This document shows positions 51,032 to 61,568 of a stretch of 64,000 nucleotides of DNA, piece after piece (positions within the stretch are counted from its first letter, which is position 1; each line of letters starts with the position of its first letter). Below the pieces are notes generated by a model that made no database searches, was not told the origin of the DNA, and saw only the letters and a program-made list of their open reading frames with translations. The stretch lies in assembly GCA_965220975.1 (NCBI GenBank), contig OZ244855.1, positions 836,742 to 900,741 on the forward strand, in the 5' to 3' direction. Position numbers and translations under genes: made by a program. This DNA is from Candidatus Poriferihabitans sp. GTDB taxonomy: Bacteria > Pseudomonadota > Gammaproteobacteria > Arenicellales > Poriferihabitantaceae.

Positions 51032-51871
51032 TCAGGCACTATTCATGTTATGCGTTGGTGTTTCCGACGCAATTTCGCCAAAAGTTGATTGAGCCAAACC
51101 CAGAAGTTGACCAAAGACACCAATTCCCGCAGCTACTATACATCCATTTTCTAGAAAATCCTGACTGCCACTCCAGTCCGATACCAGACCCTTGGCTTCC
51201 CGAACCAGTAGGCTGCCGGCAGCAATGTCCCAAATCTTGAGAGATGGCTGAAAAAATCCATCGACGCGACCGGTAGCTACATGTGCTAGATCAAGAGCAG
51301 CTGATCCGGTAACTCGAAACATGCCTACTCCCCTGATAATATTTGAGACGTTGTCAATCCAGTAATCCCGATAAAGATAATCCGGATGGGGTGCTCCCAG
51401 AGCTATAGTGGAACGTTTCAGGTTCCTGGCATGGGTTACATGTATCCTTTTTCCGTTCAGTTGCGCTCCGCAGTTGCGGCTCGCGGTATACAAATCATTT
51501 CGGATCGGGTCAAATATAATACCATGCTCAACTACTGTATTTTTCTTGACCGCTATCGATACCGTGAAATCCGGATGATTGTGAAGATAGTTCATGGTTC
51601 CATCAAGAGGATCAATGATCCATTCAATTTGATCTTTGGTGTCGCTTGAACCAACATGCAAGCCCGATTCTTCAGTAAGAATACTGTGTTCCGAATAGTG
51701 TTTTCGAACAATTTCGATGATCGTTTGTTCAGATAGTTGATCGGCTTCGCTTACAAAGTCATGGCGACCTTTTGGAGTTACATGAATCCGATCAAGTGAG
51801 TTCAGGAATTGGGTCAGGACTTTTCCAGCTGAAACAGCGGCCTTTATCCCGATATTGAGCAGAGGGTCCAA
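51032..51871 (-). CDS. suhB: Inositol monophosphatase family protein (SuhB)
   Basis: LNIGIKAAVSAGKVL, WIIDPLDGTMNY, WDIAAGSLLVREAKG. A TTG at 51871 with an AGGA RBS is preferred over the listed upstream start. Confidence 0.85.
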   Translation of the reverse strand: MDPLLNIGIKAAVSAGKVLTQFLNSLDRIHVTPKGRHDFVSEADQLSEQTIIEIVRKHYSEHSILTEESGLHVGSSDTKDQIEWIIDPLDGTMNYLHNHPDFTVSIAVKKNTVVEHGIIFDPIRNDLYTASRNCGAQLNGKRIHVTHARNLKRSTIALGAPHPDYLYRDYWIDNVSNIIRGVGMFRVTGSAALDLAHVATGRVDGFFQPSLKIWDIAAGSLLVREAKGLVSDWSGSQDFLENGCIVAAGIGVFGQLLGLAQSTFGEIASETPTHNMNSA

Positions 51872-51951
51872 TATAATTTTCCTAAAAGAGCATCGGCGAA
51901 ATCCAGTTAGCAATTGCCTGCTAGTTAACCGCATGTCCGAATTATGTATCT

Positions 51952-52671
51952 ATGAAGATTCCCAATTATATCCGAATTGTTCTGGTCGAACCCTCTGAGC
52001 CGGGAAATGTTGGCGGAGTTGCCCGTTGTATGGCGAATATGGGTATTGATAACATGGCGCTGGTTAATGCACCCTGCATCATTAATTCAGAAGCCTTACG
52101 TAGAGCGAGTGGTGCTGATCAGATATTACGAGAGGCTAAGCATTATCCTACGCTGGAGAGAGCAGTTGCTGGATGTACGCTGGTATTTGGAACGACTTCG
52201 CGAACAAGGGCAATCCGCTGGCCTACACTTTTCCCTGCTCAAGCAATGGAGAAGGCGATCCGACAGAATGCTCGGCTGGCTGTTGTATTCGGTCGGGAAC
52301 GAAACGGACTCGAAAATGCTGAACTCGATTTATGCAACTACATGATCAGAATCGATGTTGATTCAGGTTATCCATCCATGAATCTAGCCTCTGCAGCCAC
52401 AGTACTCTGTTATGAATTTCGAAAAGCAATCAATTCAAGTGAAAATCTGGCTTGTGTACAAGAACCGGAAGATCTTGCGAATATAGAACAGGTCAAGGGC
52501 TTCATGACTCATTTGGAACAGACGCTGAACATGACTGAATTTCTGGATGGACGTTCATCACTACTAATGCGTAAACTGAAAAGACTGTTTAATCGATCTC
52601 AACTTACTCAGGAAGAAGTGAATATACTGCGGGGAATTCTCAAATCCATTGAAAAAAAAGTAAATCAATGA
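51952..52671 (+). CDS. trmJ: tRNA (cytidine/uridine-2'-O-)-methyltransferase TrmJ (SpoU family)
   Basis: IRIVLVEPSEPGNVGGVARCMANMG, FGRERNGLENAEL, LNLASAATVLCYE. Divergent from suhB, as in many gammaproteobacteria. Confidence 0.85.
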   Translation: MKIPNYIRIVLVEPSEPGNVGGVARCMANMGIDNMALVNAPCIINSEALRRASGADQILREAKHYPTLERAVAGCTLVFGTTSRTRAIRWPTLFPAQAMEKAIRQNARLAVVFGRERNGLENAELDLCNYMIRIDVDSGYPSMNLASAATVLCYEFRKAINSSENLACVQEPEDLANIEQVKGFMTHLEQTLNMTEFLDGRSSLLMRKLKRLFNRSQLTQEEVNILRGILKSIEKKVNQ

Positions 52672-53159
52672 GAATTTGGTAAAGCGAATTGGTTCCTTGC
52701 CCGTGAAAAGATATGGCAAGTATTGGGCCATTCCTATGCAGAAACGCTTGTTATTGGCATTTCAATCACTCTGCTTGCCATGAAATACTTAAATTTTACT
52801 GGACTTGAAGAATGACCGTTCAAGGTTGAGTCGAGACTAAAAATTGCGGGATAGTTGTCCAAAAAGCATCTGGAATGGAAAAAGTCGCAGTCGTTTGTAC
52901 AAGCTCAGGGAAGCAGTGTTTTCCAAGGTGTTAAGAACCATAATTCTGCTCCTGCAATGATACGATCGAAACGCAAATATACGACACTAACAAGGTCTTT
53001 TAGAGCAAGAGAAAACTAATTATTGAATATATAACTAACTAATATCCTTATGGATATTATAGCATGATATATAAGTTGTAACTACTCGCCCACTTGATTG
53101 CACTTGAGGGGAAAACATCAAGCGAGAGCTGGTTTACCGCAGGACCCGCCAGTAACCGA

Positions 53160-54436
53160 TCATGTGGCTTGAGGTTGCAAGTCCGAGTTCTCCGCGATCC
53201 CGCCCTGCTCGAGCAGATAGGTCCGGAAAGACGGGATCGGGCACACAAACTGGTTCCTTGACTCTCGGTGCAAGGCCCCTTGGTGTACCAGGTGAACGAA
53301 GAAGGAGTCTGCATCCATGCCTGCCGGCAAGCGATATTCCCGAGGATCCGAATCATGCAACCTGTCCATCAGATTCTGAATGGCGGCACGATCGCTGCAA
53401 TAGTCCAATTCCGTCATCACCTGGGCAGTCATGTTTCTGGAGATTTCCATCTCGTCCGAAAACTGGCCGTCGCAATACCCGTCCCTTCCGGTTTTGATCT
53501 CGGCCTGTATCCTCTCCCAGGCCGCCCTGCCGAGATCCCCCTCCGTTCTCAGAACTTCTTCGACCAATGCCTGCATGACGATATGCAGATGCCGAGGCCA
53601 GCCGTCGCAAGGCTCAATCAGCCGATCGATCTCATGCTCGAATCCAGTCATGTCGATCTCGAAATGGGAACAGGACCTTTCCATAAATTCCTGAACTTCA
53701 TGATCCGGAAAGCAGCCGATGTTGTGTTTCTGATCGTGTGGTATACGAGTCAGTCCCATCTTGCGGGCCGAGTATTCGGTATCGCTGAGACCCGCCAGCA
53801 CCAGCGCAATCGGCAGCCCGCAACCGTCATGGAGACTCTGAAACAGCTTGGAGAGAGGATCTTCAGAATCACGTTGAAAGCGCTGTGCCTCGTCGATGGC
53901 CAGCACGATCGGCCGGTCAAACCCGCCATGCTGTTCAGCCCAGTCCCCCAACACATCCCAGTGCATGCGCGGTCTTGCCGGCTCCATGGTGGTCTCTTGC
54001 TTGCCGACGGCCTTGACCGGGCCCAAGCCAATCCCGGCCTCCCCACCGGATGTCCGAATGGAATGCGATAAAAACTCCTCGGCGGCTCTCGGGTTGATGC
54101 TCCGGGCTAATGGTTGAAGAATGTCAACGGGCTCCTCGATATCGCCAGACTTCAGTGCGACCACCAGCGGAGCCTTGCCGACACTCTCCGTGTACAGTCT
54201 CTCCGGATTGCGCCTGATCTGGTGCACGATCGAGCTCTTGCCCGCCCCCGGCGCACCCTGGATAATGCGCGTTGATTTCCCTGCGCCATGCTGATCGGTT
54301 CCCGAGCCTCCCAGACCTGCTCGGCTGCAAGCGCAATGTCGTCGAGCACTTCGGACCGTCCAACAAACACCAGAGGCGGTTCTCCTTCCGTTCGCTTGAG
54401 AAAGGACTCCAGCTTTCTTTTCTGATCAGGATTCAT
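53160..54436 (-). pseudogene. AAA_22/ORC-like P-loop ATPase with a frameshift just before the Walker A motif
   Basis: The N-terminal frame reads MNPDQKRKLESFLKRTEGEPPLVFVGRSEVLDDIALAAEQVW...SMAQG. The rest (KSTRIIQGAPGAGKSSIVHQ..., Walker B LAIDEAQ) is in another frame. The switch falls at a GGG run (plus-strand ccc 54279..54281). GC-rich. Confidence 0.6.
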
Positions 54437-54624
54437 CGCTACACCTCGCCACGGGCATGATCATTGAATGCATGCAGATATGGTATACAGAATAAAACGG
54501 ATCACCGAAGACTACTCAAGTACACAGGCAAATAAATCTAAATCATTGCCTGAAAGCGGCATCCCGTTCGCTGTACCCGAAATTTGACGATGGACTGAAC
54601 GATCTGACAGACATCACGAAACTT

Positions 54625-54770
54625 TCACATGTGCCCGGGATCGGAAAACGATCTCCTGGAGCTCCTGCCCCCACTCTCCCGTACTAGTTCCATGGATATT
54701 CGAGGCCTGCAAGAGAAAACGGCATGGCGAAATACATGCCTGCAGTCTATCACGCCATGCTGCTGGGAAT
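54625..54770 (-). pseudogene. Possible C-terminal remnant of a tyrosine recombinase/integrase
   Basis: The minus-strand frame reads ...GVIDCRHVFRHAVFS...ISMELVRESGGRSS...-stop. This resembles the HxLRH box and following LGH region, but is degraded and short. Confidence 0.25.
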
Positions 54771-55128
54771 GGAACGCTCACTCGCTTCCCCCCTGCCATG
54801 ACGATCCGGACGAATCGATCAAACTGTCTTCATTTCGGACCGATCGAGCTCAACGAGCTTTCCACTCACGCGAGACTTCACTGCAGATGGACTGGCCAGA
54901 CTGCTGGTTCGGGAACTGAACCCTGAAACTTCAGCAAAGTACGGTTCCAAAATATCTGCTCGTCACCAATCGGGGGCGAGTAGATACTATAAGTTTTAAA
55001 GAAAATTCCAGTATATCGCGTAAGGCAAGTTTTTTTCGAGAAGCACAGGATGGATGAGGCTTGGGCAAATCGTTCGGTTGAGCTTGGCGGCATAGAGGTT
55101 AAAGCCAAAATTCCTTTCAGCCAGCTGA

Positions 55129-55785
55129 TCATTTTTGATGAGGTATATCTGATTGAATTTCGCCAAGTAGCTCATCGGTTGTCATCTGGCGGCAATATCC
55201 CTTAATTGCCGACAATGAATTGTCATGCCGTTCTTGACTATAGGTCGTACATGCATCGGTCACCAGCGTAACAAGATAACCTAGGTCGCAGGCATCTCGA
55301 ACTGCGCTCTCAACACATTGATCGGTAACCAGTCCGCTAATTACCAGTTGCCGGATATTCAGATTTCGCAGGATGTAATCGATATTGGTGGAAACAAATA
55401 CGGATGACGAGGTTTTGGGCAGCCAAATTTCATCATCGCCTGGCTTGAGTTGATCAATCACCCGACCATCCCATGATCCTTTGGGTACATGAAACCCTGT
55501 TATTTTGTAGTCGAAGCTGCGATCCCGGCCATCTTTCGTCAAGCTTTCAATTGTTGTGTACATCACCTCGATACCAGCACACCGGAATGAATCTTGCAAA
55601 CGTTGCATGTTGGGAACCACATATCTCACCAGAGCATCGAAAAACCAACCATACTGATTACTGAACTCAGATAGGGATAAATCAGCAAATTCAGCGCCAT
55701 GACGATGAGCGCAATAATTTTGTACATCAATGAATAGCAATGCTGAATTGCTTGGATTGAGCGGCAAATTCCGTGAATAATTCAT
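55129..55785 (-). CDS. Isochorismatase-family cysteine hydrolase
   Basis: ALLFIDVQNYC and LVISGLVTDQCVESAVRDA (nucleophile Cys). The start ATG overlaps the upstream stop as ATGA at 55782..55785. Confidence 0.8.
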   Translation of the reverse strand: MNYSRNLPLNPSNSALLFIDVQNYCAHRHGAEFADLSLSEFSNQYGWFFDALVRYVVPNMQRLQDSFRCAGIEVMYTTIESLTKDGRDRSFDYKITGFHVPKGSWDGRVIDQLKPGDDEIWLPKTSSSVFVSTNIDYILRNLNIRQLVISGLVTDQCVESAVRDACDLGYLVTLVTDACTTYSQERHDNSLSAIKGYCRQMTTDELLGEIQSDIPHQK

Positions 55786-56597
55786 CTGGATACCTGATCG
55801 AGAAACTGCCGGATTGCCTCGGAAAGGAGTTTCGCCCATGCGCGACAACTTTCATCCGATTTGAGATTGTCGTTTCGAATTTCAATCAAGCTATGAGCAA
55901 TACCGCGTTGCTCTCCATGATAAGGGACGAACCAGTCAGTATCGTCATCGATCGAATAAGGTACATTCATGCCAATAATTTTGGTTGGATCAAGATTTCG
56001 GACGGCATCAGCCAAACTATGCGATGTTTCGGTATCCTTGCGAAAGAGAAATGCCAAATCCCATGGTCTTGTTTTATTATCCATTATCGGGGTGAAACTA
56101 TGGATGGAAAAAACAGCACTTCTCCTGTGCTTGTCAAGAAGGGCCGAAATGGATTCATGAAACGGAATGAAGATTTCCGCAAGGCGTTGTCTGCGCTCTT
56201 CAGGACCAAGGTTGCAATTACCGGGAATCCTTGTTCCACAGCTTTGCTTTGGCACTGATTCTTTAGAATCAGGCGGACGATTGCAATCAATAACCAGACG
56301 ACTGTAAGGTTGCAAAATCAGTGGTGCGCCAAGATATTCGGCCATCATTATGGAAACATGCTTGGCACCTATGTCATAGGCAATATGCCTGTTCAAGTTT
56401 TCCCTTGAAAGTCCCAGATCACCGAGTGCCTTGGGTATCGCACGTCCAGCGTGTTCGCACACCAAAAGGACCGGGTATTGGCTCGATTTATTGACGATAT
56501 CAAGGGGTCCGTACTCACTTGAATTTAACAATGGAATCGGTCGAATTTCATCCCCGTTTTGCATAGGTACAAGTATTTCAGTTTTCGAATTTGCCAA
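55782..56597 (-). CDS. N-formylglutamate amidohydrolase family (PF05013-like) hydrolase
   Basis: VLLVCEHAGRAIPKALGDLGL and the later SIHSFTP motif are typical of the FGase family. Confidence 0.7.
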   Translation of the reverse strand: MANSKTEILVPMQNGDEIRPIPLLNSSEYGPLDIVNKSSQYPVLLVCEHAGRAIPKALGDLGLSRENLNRHIAYDIGAKHVSIMMAEYLGAPLILQPYSRLVIDCNRPPDSKESVPKQSCGTRIPGNCNLGPEERRQRLAEIFIPFHESISALLDKHRRSAVFSIHSFTPIMDNKTRPWDLAFLFRKDTETSHSLADAVRNLDPTKIIGMNVPYSIDDDTDWFVPYHGEQRGIAHSLIEIRNDNLKSDESCRAWAKLLSEAIRQFLDQVSR

Positions 56598-56849
56598 TGA
56601 CAGGGAATTTTATCAAAGTCAATTATTCATTTTTCGTAATAATTGATGCAAACTCCCCAAAAACCGCGGCAAACAAGGTGTCGAAAATCAATGTTTTTAC
56701 AGTAGAATCAGACGTTGTCATATCCGATATAACGGATTCTTGACCTTGATCGGGCGCGAACTTATACGTATCCCGAACAGATCTGGAATGCAAGTCAGCG
56801 ATGACTTGACAGCTGGACAAGCTGCAACCCAAAGTCCACCCAATCCTCA

Positions 56850-58163
56850 ATGAAAAAAGAACCCTTGATAATTGCCGCGACTAGCGACATCGCAGGCAAA
56901 GTGCGTGGCAAATCATTTCCGGCTAGCCAGTTCGATAAACGACTGAAAAGAGGTGTAGGCTGGACTCCGACCAATGTACAAATTACCTGTTTTGATTCGA
57001 TTGCCGAGAGTCCTTATGGTGCGTTGGGTGATTTGGTATTGATACCTGATTCGACCACCTATATTGAACTTGACTTTGGATGCGGACAGCCGGTTGAGCG
57101 GTTTGCATTTGGGAATATTCACGAAACTGACGGATCTGCTTGGGAATGTTGCACTCGATCCATCTTAGTGACAGCTCTCGAGCGCCTCGAGACGGCTGCC
57201 AATGTAACTCTTTATGGTTCATTCGAGCATGAGTTCCATCTTGCTAGCAATCATTCTTCACCGGGAAATGCATACACTACTTCAGGTTTCCGAGCGCAAC
57301 GCGAATTCGCCGAAGTGCTTGTTGCAGCAATCAGACAGGCAGGATTGCGACCAGATACTTTCATGAAAGAGTATGGCATTGATCAGTATGAAATAACGAT
57401 TGGACCCGTTTGGGGATTGGCAATAGCCGACCATGCAACGATTTTGCGGGAACTTGTTCGAATTTGTGCTGAGAGCCTGCTACTTGATCCAAGTTTCACA
57501 CCACTGCGTGACCCCGCAGATGTTGGCAATGGCGTCCATATTCACATGAGTTTACATGATAGTGAAAAAAATGCGATTGCCTACAATCCGAAAAGCAAGT
57601 ACGGGCTCAGTCAGATTGCGGGACAATTTATTGCGGGCATATTGAAATACCTCGATAGCATAGTCGCGCTCACCGCACCAAGCGTCATTTCCTACAACAG
57701 ACTGATACCTCATCGCTGGAGTGCGGCTTTCAATAATCTTGGGTTCCGAGACCGTGAAGCAGCAATTCGGATTTGCCCAGTCAATAGTTTGAGCGATATC
57801 GCAGAAAAGGATCAGTTCAATTTTGAGTTTCGTGCCGCCGATGCGGCCGCCAGTCCCTATCTTGCACTTGCTGCAATTGTACATGCCGGAACGCAAGGTA
57901 TCGTGGAGGAACTCGATTGTCCAGCTGTTACCGAGGAAGATCTGTCGCTACTGTCAGAGTCGGCTCTCTGCCAAAGAAATATTGTTCGATTGCCTCAAAC
58001 ACTCGAGGATGCTCTTGAACGCTTTGGTAGCAATGAGACTGTGGTCGGTTGGTTTCCAAACGGATTTGCTGACATATATATCAAACATAAGCAAGGTGAA
58101 ATGGACTATTTGTCAAACATGACCGAACCGGAAATATATGCCGCTTATGCTTCGGTATATTGA
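56850..58163 (+). CDS. Glutamine synthetase-like (gamma-glutamyl ligase family) protein
   Basis: FEHEFHL, GNGVHIHMSL and SPYLALAA motifs of the GS catalytic domain; 437 aa. Confidence 0.75.
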   Translation: MKKEPLIIAATSDIAGKVRGKSFPASQFDKRLKRGVGWTPTNVQITCFDSIAESPYGALGDLVLIPDSTTYIELDFGCGQPVERFAFGNIHETDGSAWECCTRSILVTALERLETAANVTLYGSFEHEFHLASNHSSPGNAYTTSGFRAQREFAEVLVAAIRQAGLRPDTFMKEYGIDQYEITIGPVWGLAIADHATILRELVRICAESLLLDPSFTPLRDPADVGNGVHIHMSLHDSEKNAIAYNPKSKYGLSQIAGQFIAGILKYLDSIVALTAPSVISYNRLIPHRWSAAFNNLGFRDREAAIRICPVNSLSDIAEKDQFNFEFRAADAAASPYLALAAIVHAGTQGIVEELDCPAVTEEDLSLLSESALCQRNIVRLPQTLEDALERFGSNETVVGWFPNGFADIYIKHKQGEMDYLSNMTEPEIYAAYASVY

Positions 58164-58399
58164 GATTGCTTGGCGAACCCGATTTCGACATGCCAACCAT
58201 AAGGGCTAAGTTCAGAAACTTAGGGAGGGCGATCTCGGGTTTCTCGAAGTGCAATACTTCATCATCAGTCCCCGCTAATTACCCGATTAAACTCCAGAAA
58301 AATATTTCGTTTTGCGACATTTCGAGCAAACATGCGGGGTTTCATGACAGGACAGAGTCTATCGCATCCACCACCAACCACAGGATGAGAATTTGACAA

Positions 58400-59140
58400 T
58401 TAACTCATTTTCAGTTTTGCTCTTGCTTCACCCATTAACTCCGATAGTGAAATATGCTGCCGTCCGGATTCATCAAAATTCTCGGGGCTTAGCCATGCAA
58501 CAAATGCTTCCTGGATTTTTGGCCATTCATGATCAAGAATTGAATACCAGGCTGTGTCTCGGTTTCGTCCTTTTACAATCATCATCTGACGGAACACTCC
58601 TTCAAACTGAAATCCAAGTCGAGTCGCTGCTCGGCAAGACTTTTCATTCAATGCATTACACTTCCACTCATACCTTCGATAACCCAGCTCAAAGACATTG
58701 CGCATCATCAGATACATGGCTTCAGTAGCGGCAAGTGTTTTTTGCAGAGCTGGGGAGAAATTGATATGACCAACCTCGATACAACCACTATCGGGCTTGA
58801 TTCTGAGATAACTGGCCACCCCTTCTGCTTGACGTGTAGCCGTATTGATGATCGCAAAATATTGTGGATCATCTGATAAACAGAAGCTTTCCAACCACTG
58901 AAGAAAGGATGCGAAATCATCAAAAGGTCCATAGGGCATGTACACCCAAATTCGATGCTCTTGATCAGCGCTGAATGCTTCATGCAATTGCTTGGCATGC
59001 CGATCGATATCGAATGGTTCAAGACAACAGAATTGACCGGTCAAGACAGCTTTTTCAGGCCACGGCGGTTGTTTCCAATCGGTTATAGGAAGTCCAACAG
59101 GCAAACCGAGTTCATTTCTCTGGTTAGGAAGATTTCTCAT
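58400..59140 (-). CDS. GNAT family N-acetyltransferase (RimJ/RimL-like)
   Basis: IEVGHINFSPALQKT...FELGYRRYEWKCNALNEKSCRAATRLGFQFEG is typical of the RimJ/L-type acetyltransferase core. Confidence 0.7.
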   Translation of the reverse strand: MRNLPNQRNELGLPVGLPITDWKQPPWPEKAVLTGQFCCLEPFDIDRHAKQLHEAFSADQEHRIWVYMPYGPFDDFASFLQWLESFCLSDDPQYFAIINTATRQAEGVASYLRIKPDSGCIEVGHINFSPALQKTLAATEAMYLMMRNVFELGYRRYEWKCNALNEKSCRAATRLGFQFEGVFRQMMIVKGRNRDTAWYSILDHEWPKIQEAFVAWLSPENFDESGRQHISLSELMGEARAKLKMS

Positions 59141-60159
59141 CGCTAAATCGGCTGATCAACGTTATCCAAGAACACGCTCGAGATCACGAATGATATCTTC
59201 GGTATTTTCAATCCCCACCGACAAGCGAAATACCCCTTGTCCCGCAATTTCCCGGTATTCACGTTCAAGTTCTCCATCAAGTTTATATGATGAGTTGATC
59301 AGGTCGTCGGATTCCAGCAAAAAGATCAAGCTTCGATGATGTCCTAACGATACCGCATAATGAACAATTTCAAGGTTGTCCATCATTCGCTTGGCTAGAG
59401 ATTGGGGATCTGAAGTCCGAAACGCAATCATTCCGGAGAAATTCTTCATTTGGCTTTGTGCAAGTTCGTGTTGCGGATGCGATAGGAGACCGGGATATCG
59501 AACCAATTCCACATGTGGATGCGATTCAAGGAATTTCGCAACTCGCATGGCGTTATCCTGATGAGCGATCATTCGCAGAGGCAGGGTTGCTGCACCCCGC
59601 ATGATCAACCAAGCATTAAATGGGCTGATTGTCCCTCCATAATGAAGCATGCCCCCTGCAACAATGTCCGAAATGATTTTTCGACTGGAAAGAACTGCGC
59701 CGCCAATTGCATCCCCATGCCCGCCTATATATTTGGTCAGGGAATGTAGGACGATATCGGCTCCCAGTTCTAGTGGTCGAGTGGCAATTGGACTTGCAAA
59801 AGTACTATCGACAACCAATCGAGCATTTCCCTCTTGCGCAATCTTTGAGACCGTGTGGATATCGGTCAATTTAACCAGCGGGTTCGATGGTGTTTCAACC
59901 CAGATCATGCGTGTATTTTCACGCATTGCATTTTGGATATTTTCGGGATTCGAAGTATCAACCGGAGTAACCTTGATGTCATTTTTCGGTAACATTTGCC
60001 GCGAAATCTCAGCCGTTCCGGGATAATTGCTTTCACTGATTATCAGGTGATCTCCCGCGTTCAACAATCCAAACAACACTCCACTAGATGCCGACATGCC
60101 AGATGCACAAGCAAGACAGGACTCCGCATTTTCCAGAAGACAAAGTTTCTTCTCCAGCT

Positions 60160-60168
60160 GACGAATTG
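60160..60168. repeat. Target-site duplication GACGAATTG (left copy; right copy at 61569..61577)
   Basis: Identical 9-mers directly abut both IS termini. Confidence 0.85.
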
Positions 60169-61568
60169 GAGTTATGGTCGAAAGTAGTGCGTGGGCGGAA
60201 AGGGGGGTTGAAAAAAGCGGCGTAACCGGATTAACTAACAAATTTCAAAAACCGTTAACCAAGAGGTACGCCACCATGAGAGATGATAACATTATTGACT
60301 ATTCAAAAATCGGCAAGTTCAAGGATGAATTGACCGCGATTCTGCGCGAGGGTGCCCGTCGGCTGCTGCAGGTGGCAGTGGAAGCCGAGCTGGGCGAGTT
60401 CCTGAAGCAGTATGAAGACCGCCGCACCGAACAGAACCTCCGGCTGGTGGTGCGCAGTGGCCATCATCCGGAGCGCTCGATCCAGACCGGGATCGGCTCG
60501 GTCCCGGTGCGGATTCCGAAGGTTCGTTCCAACGACGGCAAGCCGGTGACCTTCCGCTCGTCGGTGGTTCCGCCGTATGTGCGCAAGAGTCGCACGCTGG
60601 AGGCCTGGGTGCCCTGGCTGTACCTGAAGGGGGTCAGCACCGGCGAGATGGCCGGCGTGCTGTCCGGGCTGCTGGGGAAGCAGGCGAAGGGGTTCTCGCC
60701 GTCAGTGGTCAAGCGTCTCAAGCGGGTCTGGCTGGACGAGAGGAAGGAGTGGACGCAGCGTGACCTGAGCCAGGACCGGTGGGTGTACGTCTGGGCGGAC
60801 GGGGTGTACAGCGGTCTCCGCAACGAGGAGACGAAGCTCTGCTGCCTGGTGGTGATCGGCGTGGACGACCAGGGCCGGAAGTCGATTCTGGCCATCGAGG
60901 ACGGGGTGCGCGAATCCACCCTGAGCTGGCAGGACGTGCTGCTGGACCTGAAGAGCCGGGGCATGAACGCTCCGAAACTGGCGATCGGGGACGGTGCCAT
61001 GGGGTTCTGGTCGGCACTCGACCGGGTCTATCCGGAGGCCCGGCACCAGCGTTGCTGGGTGCACAAGACCGCCAACGTGCTGGCCGCCATGCCGAAGGCC
61101 ATCCATCCCAAGGTGAAGTCGGCACTGCAGCAGATCTGGATGGCGGAGACCCGGAACCATGCCGACCGGGCCTTCGACCGTTTCCTGGCCCGCTACCAGG
61201 ACAAGTATCCCAAGGCCGCAGTGAAGCTGATCGAGGATCGCAAGGAGCTGATGAACTTCTTCGACTTCCCGGCCGAGCACTGGCAGAGCATTCGCACCAC
61301 CAACCCGATCGAGTCGACCTTTGCCACGATCCGCCACCGGACCCGGACGACCCGGGGCTGCCTGAGCCGCGACACCATGCTCGACATGATGTTCAAGCTC
61401 GGACAGTGCGCGGAATCCCGCTGGCGAAGGCTGCGCGGGTTCCGCAGGCTCGGACAGGTCATCGAGGGAGTGCAGTTCAAGGATGGAATTGAGGTACAAT
61501 CAGACCAGAAAACGGTAGCCGCTGGATGAACCCCTTTCCGCCCCGCGCACTACTTTCGACCATAACTC
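60169..61568 (+). mobile_element. Intact IS256-family (Mutator-type) insertion sequence, 1400 bp, with about 40-bp imperfect terminal inverted repeats
   Basis: The left end gagttatggtcgaaagtagtgcgtgggcggaaagggg matches the reverse complement of the right end gagttatggtcgaaagtagtgcgcggggcggaaagggg. It has a single transposase ORF, is flanked by a 9-bp TSD, and is GC-rich. Confidence 0.9.
60276..61529 (+). CDS. IS256-family transposase
   Basis: ...RCWVHKTANVLAAMPK...FFDFPAEHWQSIRTTNPIESTFATIRHRT... is the hallmark of Mutator/IS256 transposases. The ATG at 60276 follows the IR/UTR. Confidence 0.9.
   Translation: MRDDNIIDYSKIGKFKDELTAILREGARRLLQVAVEAELGEFLKQYEDRRTEQNLRLVVRSGHHPERSIQTGIGSVPVRIPKVRSNDGKPVTFRSSVVPPYVRKSRTLEAWVPWLYLKGVSTGEMAGVLSGLLGKQAKGFSPSVVKRLKRVWLDERKEWTQRDLSQDRWVYVWADGVYSGLRNEETKLCCLVVIGVDDQGRKSILAIEDGVRESTLSWQDVLLDLKSRGMNAPKLAIGDGAMGFWSALDRVYPEARHQRCWVHKTANVLAAMPKAIHPKVKSALQQIWMAETRNHADRAFDRFLARYQDKYPKAAVKLIEDRKELMNFFDFPAEHWQSIRTTNPIESTFATIRHRTRTTRGCLSRDTMLDMMFKLGQCAESRWRRLRGFRRLGQVIEGVQFKDGIEVQSDQKTVAAG

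Noticed and set aside
60464-61499. Several long ORFs (178, 265, 135, 237 and 95 aa) overlapping or antisense to the IS256 transposase
   Set aside because: They are Pro/Arg/Gly-rich low-complexity translations typical of alternative frames in GC-rich DNA. The transposase frame explains the region.
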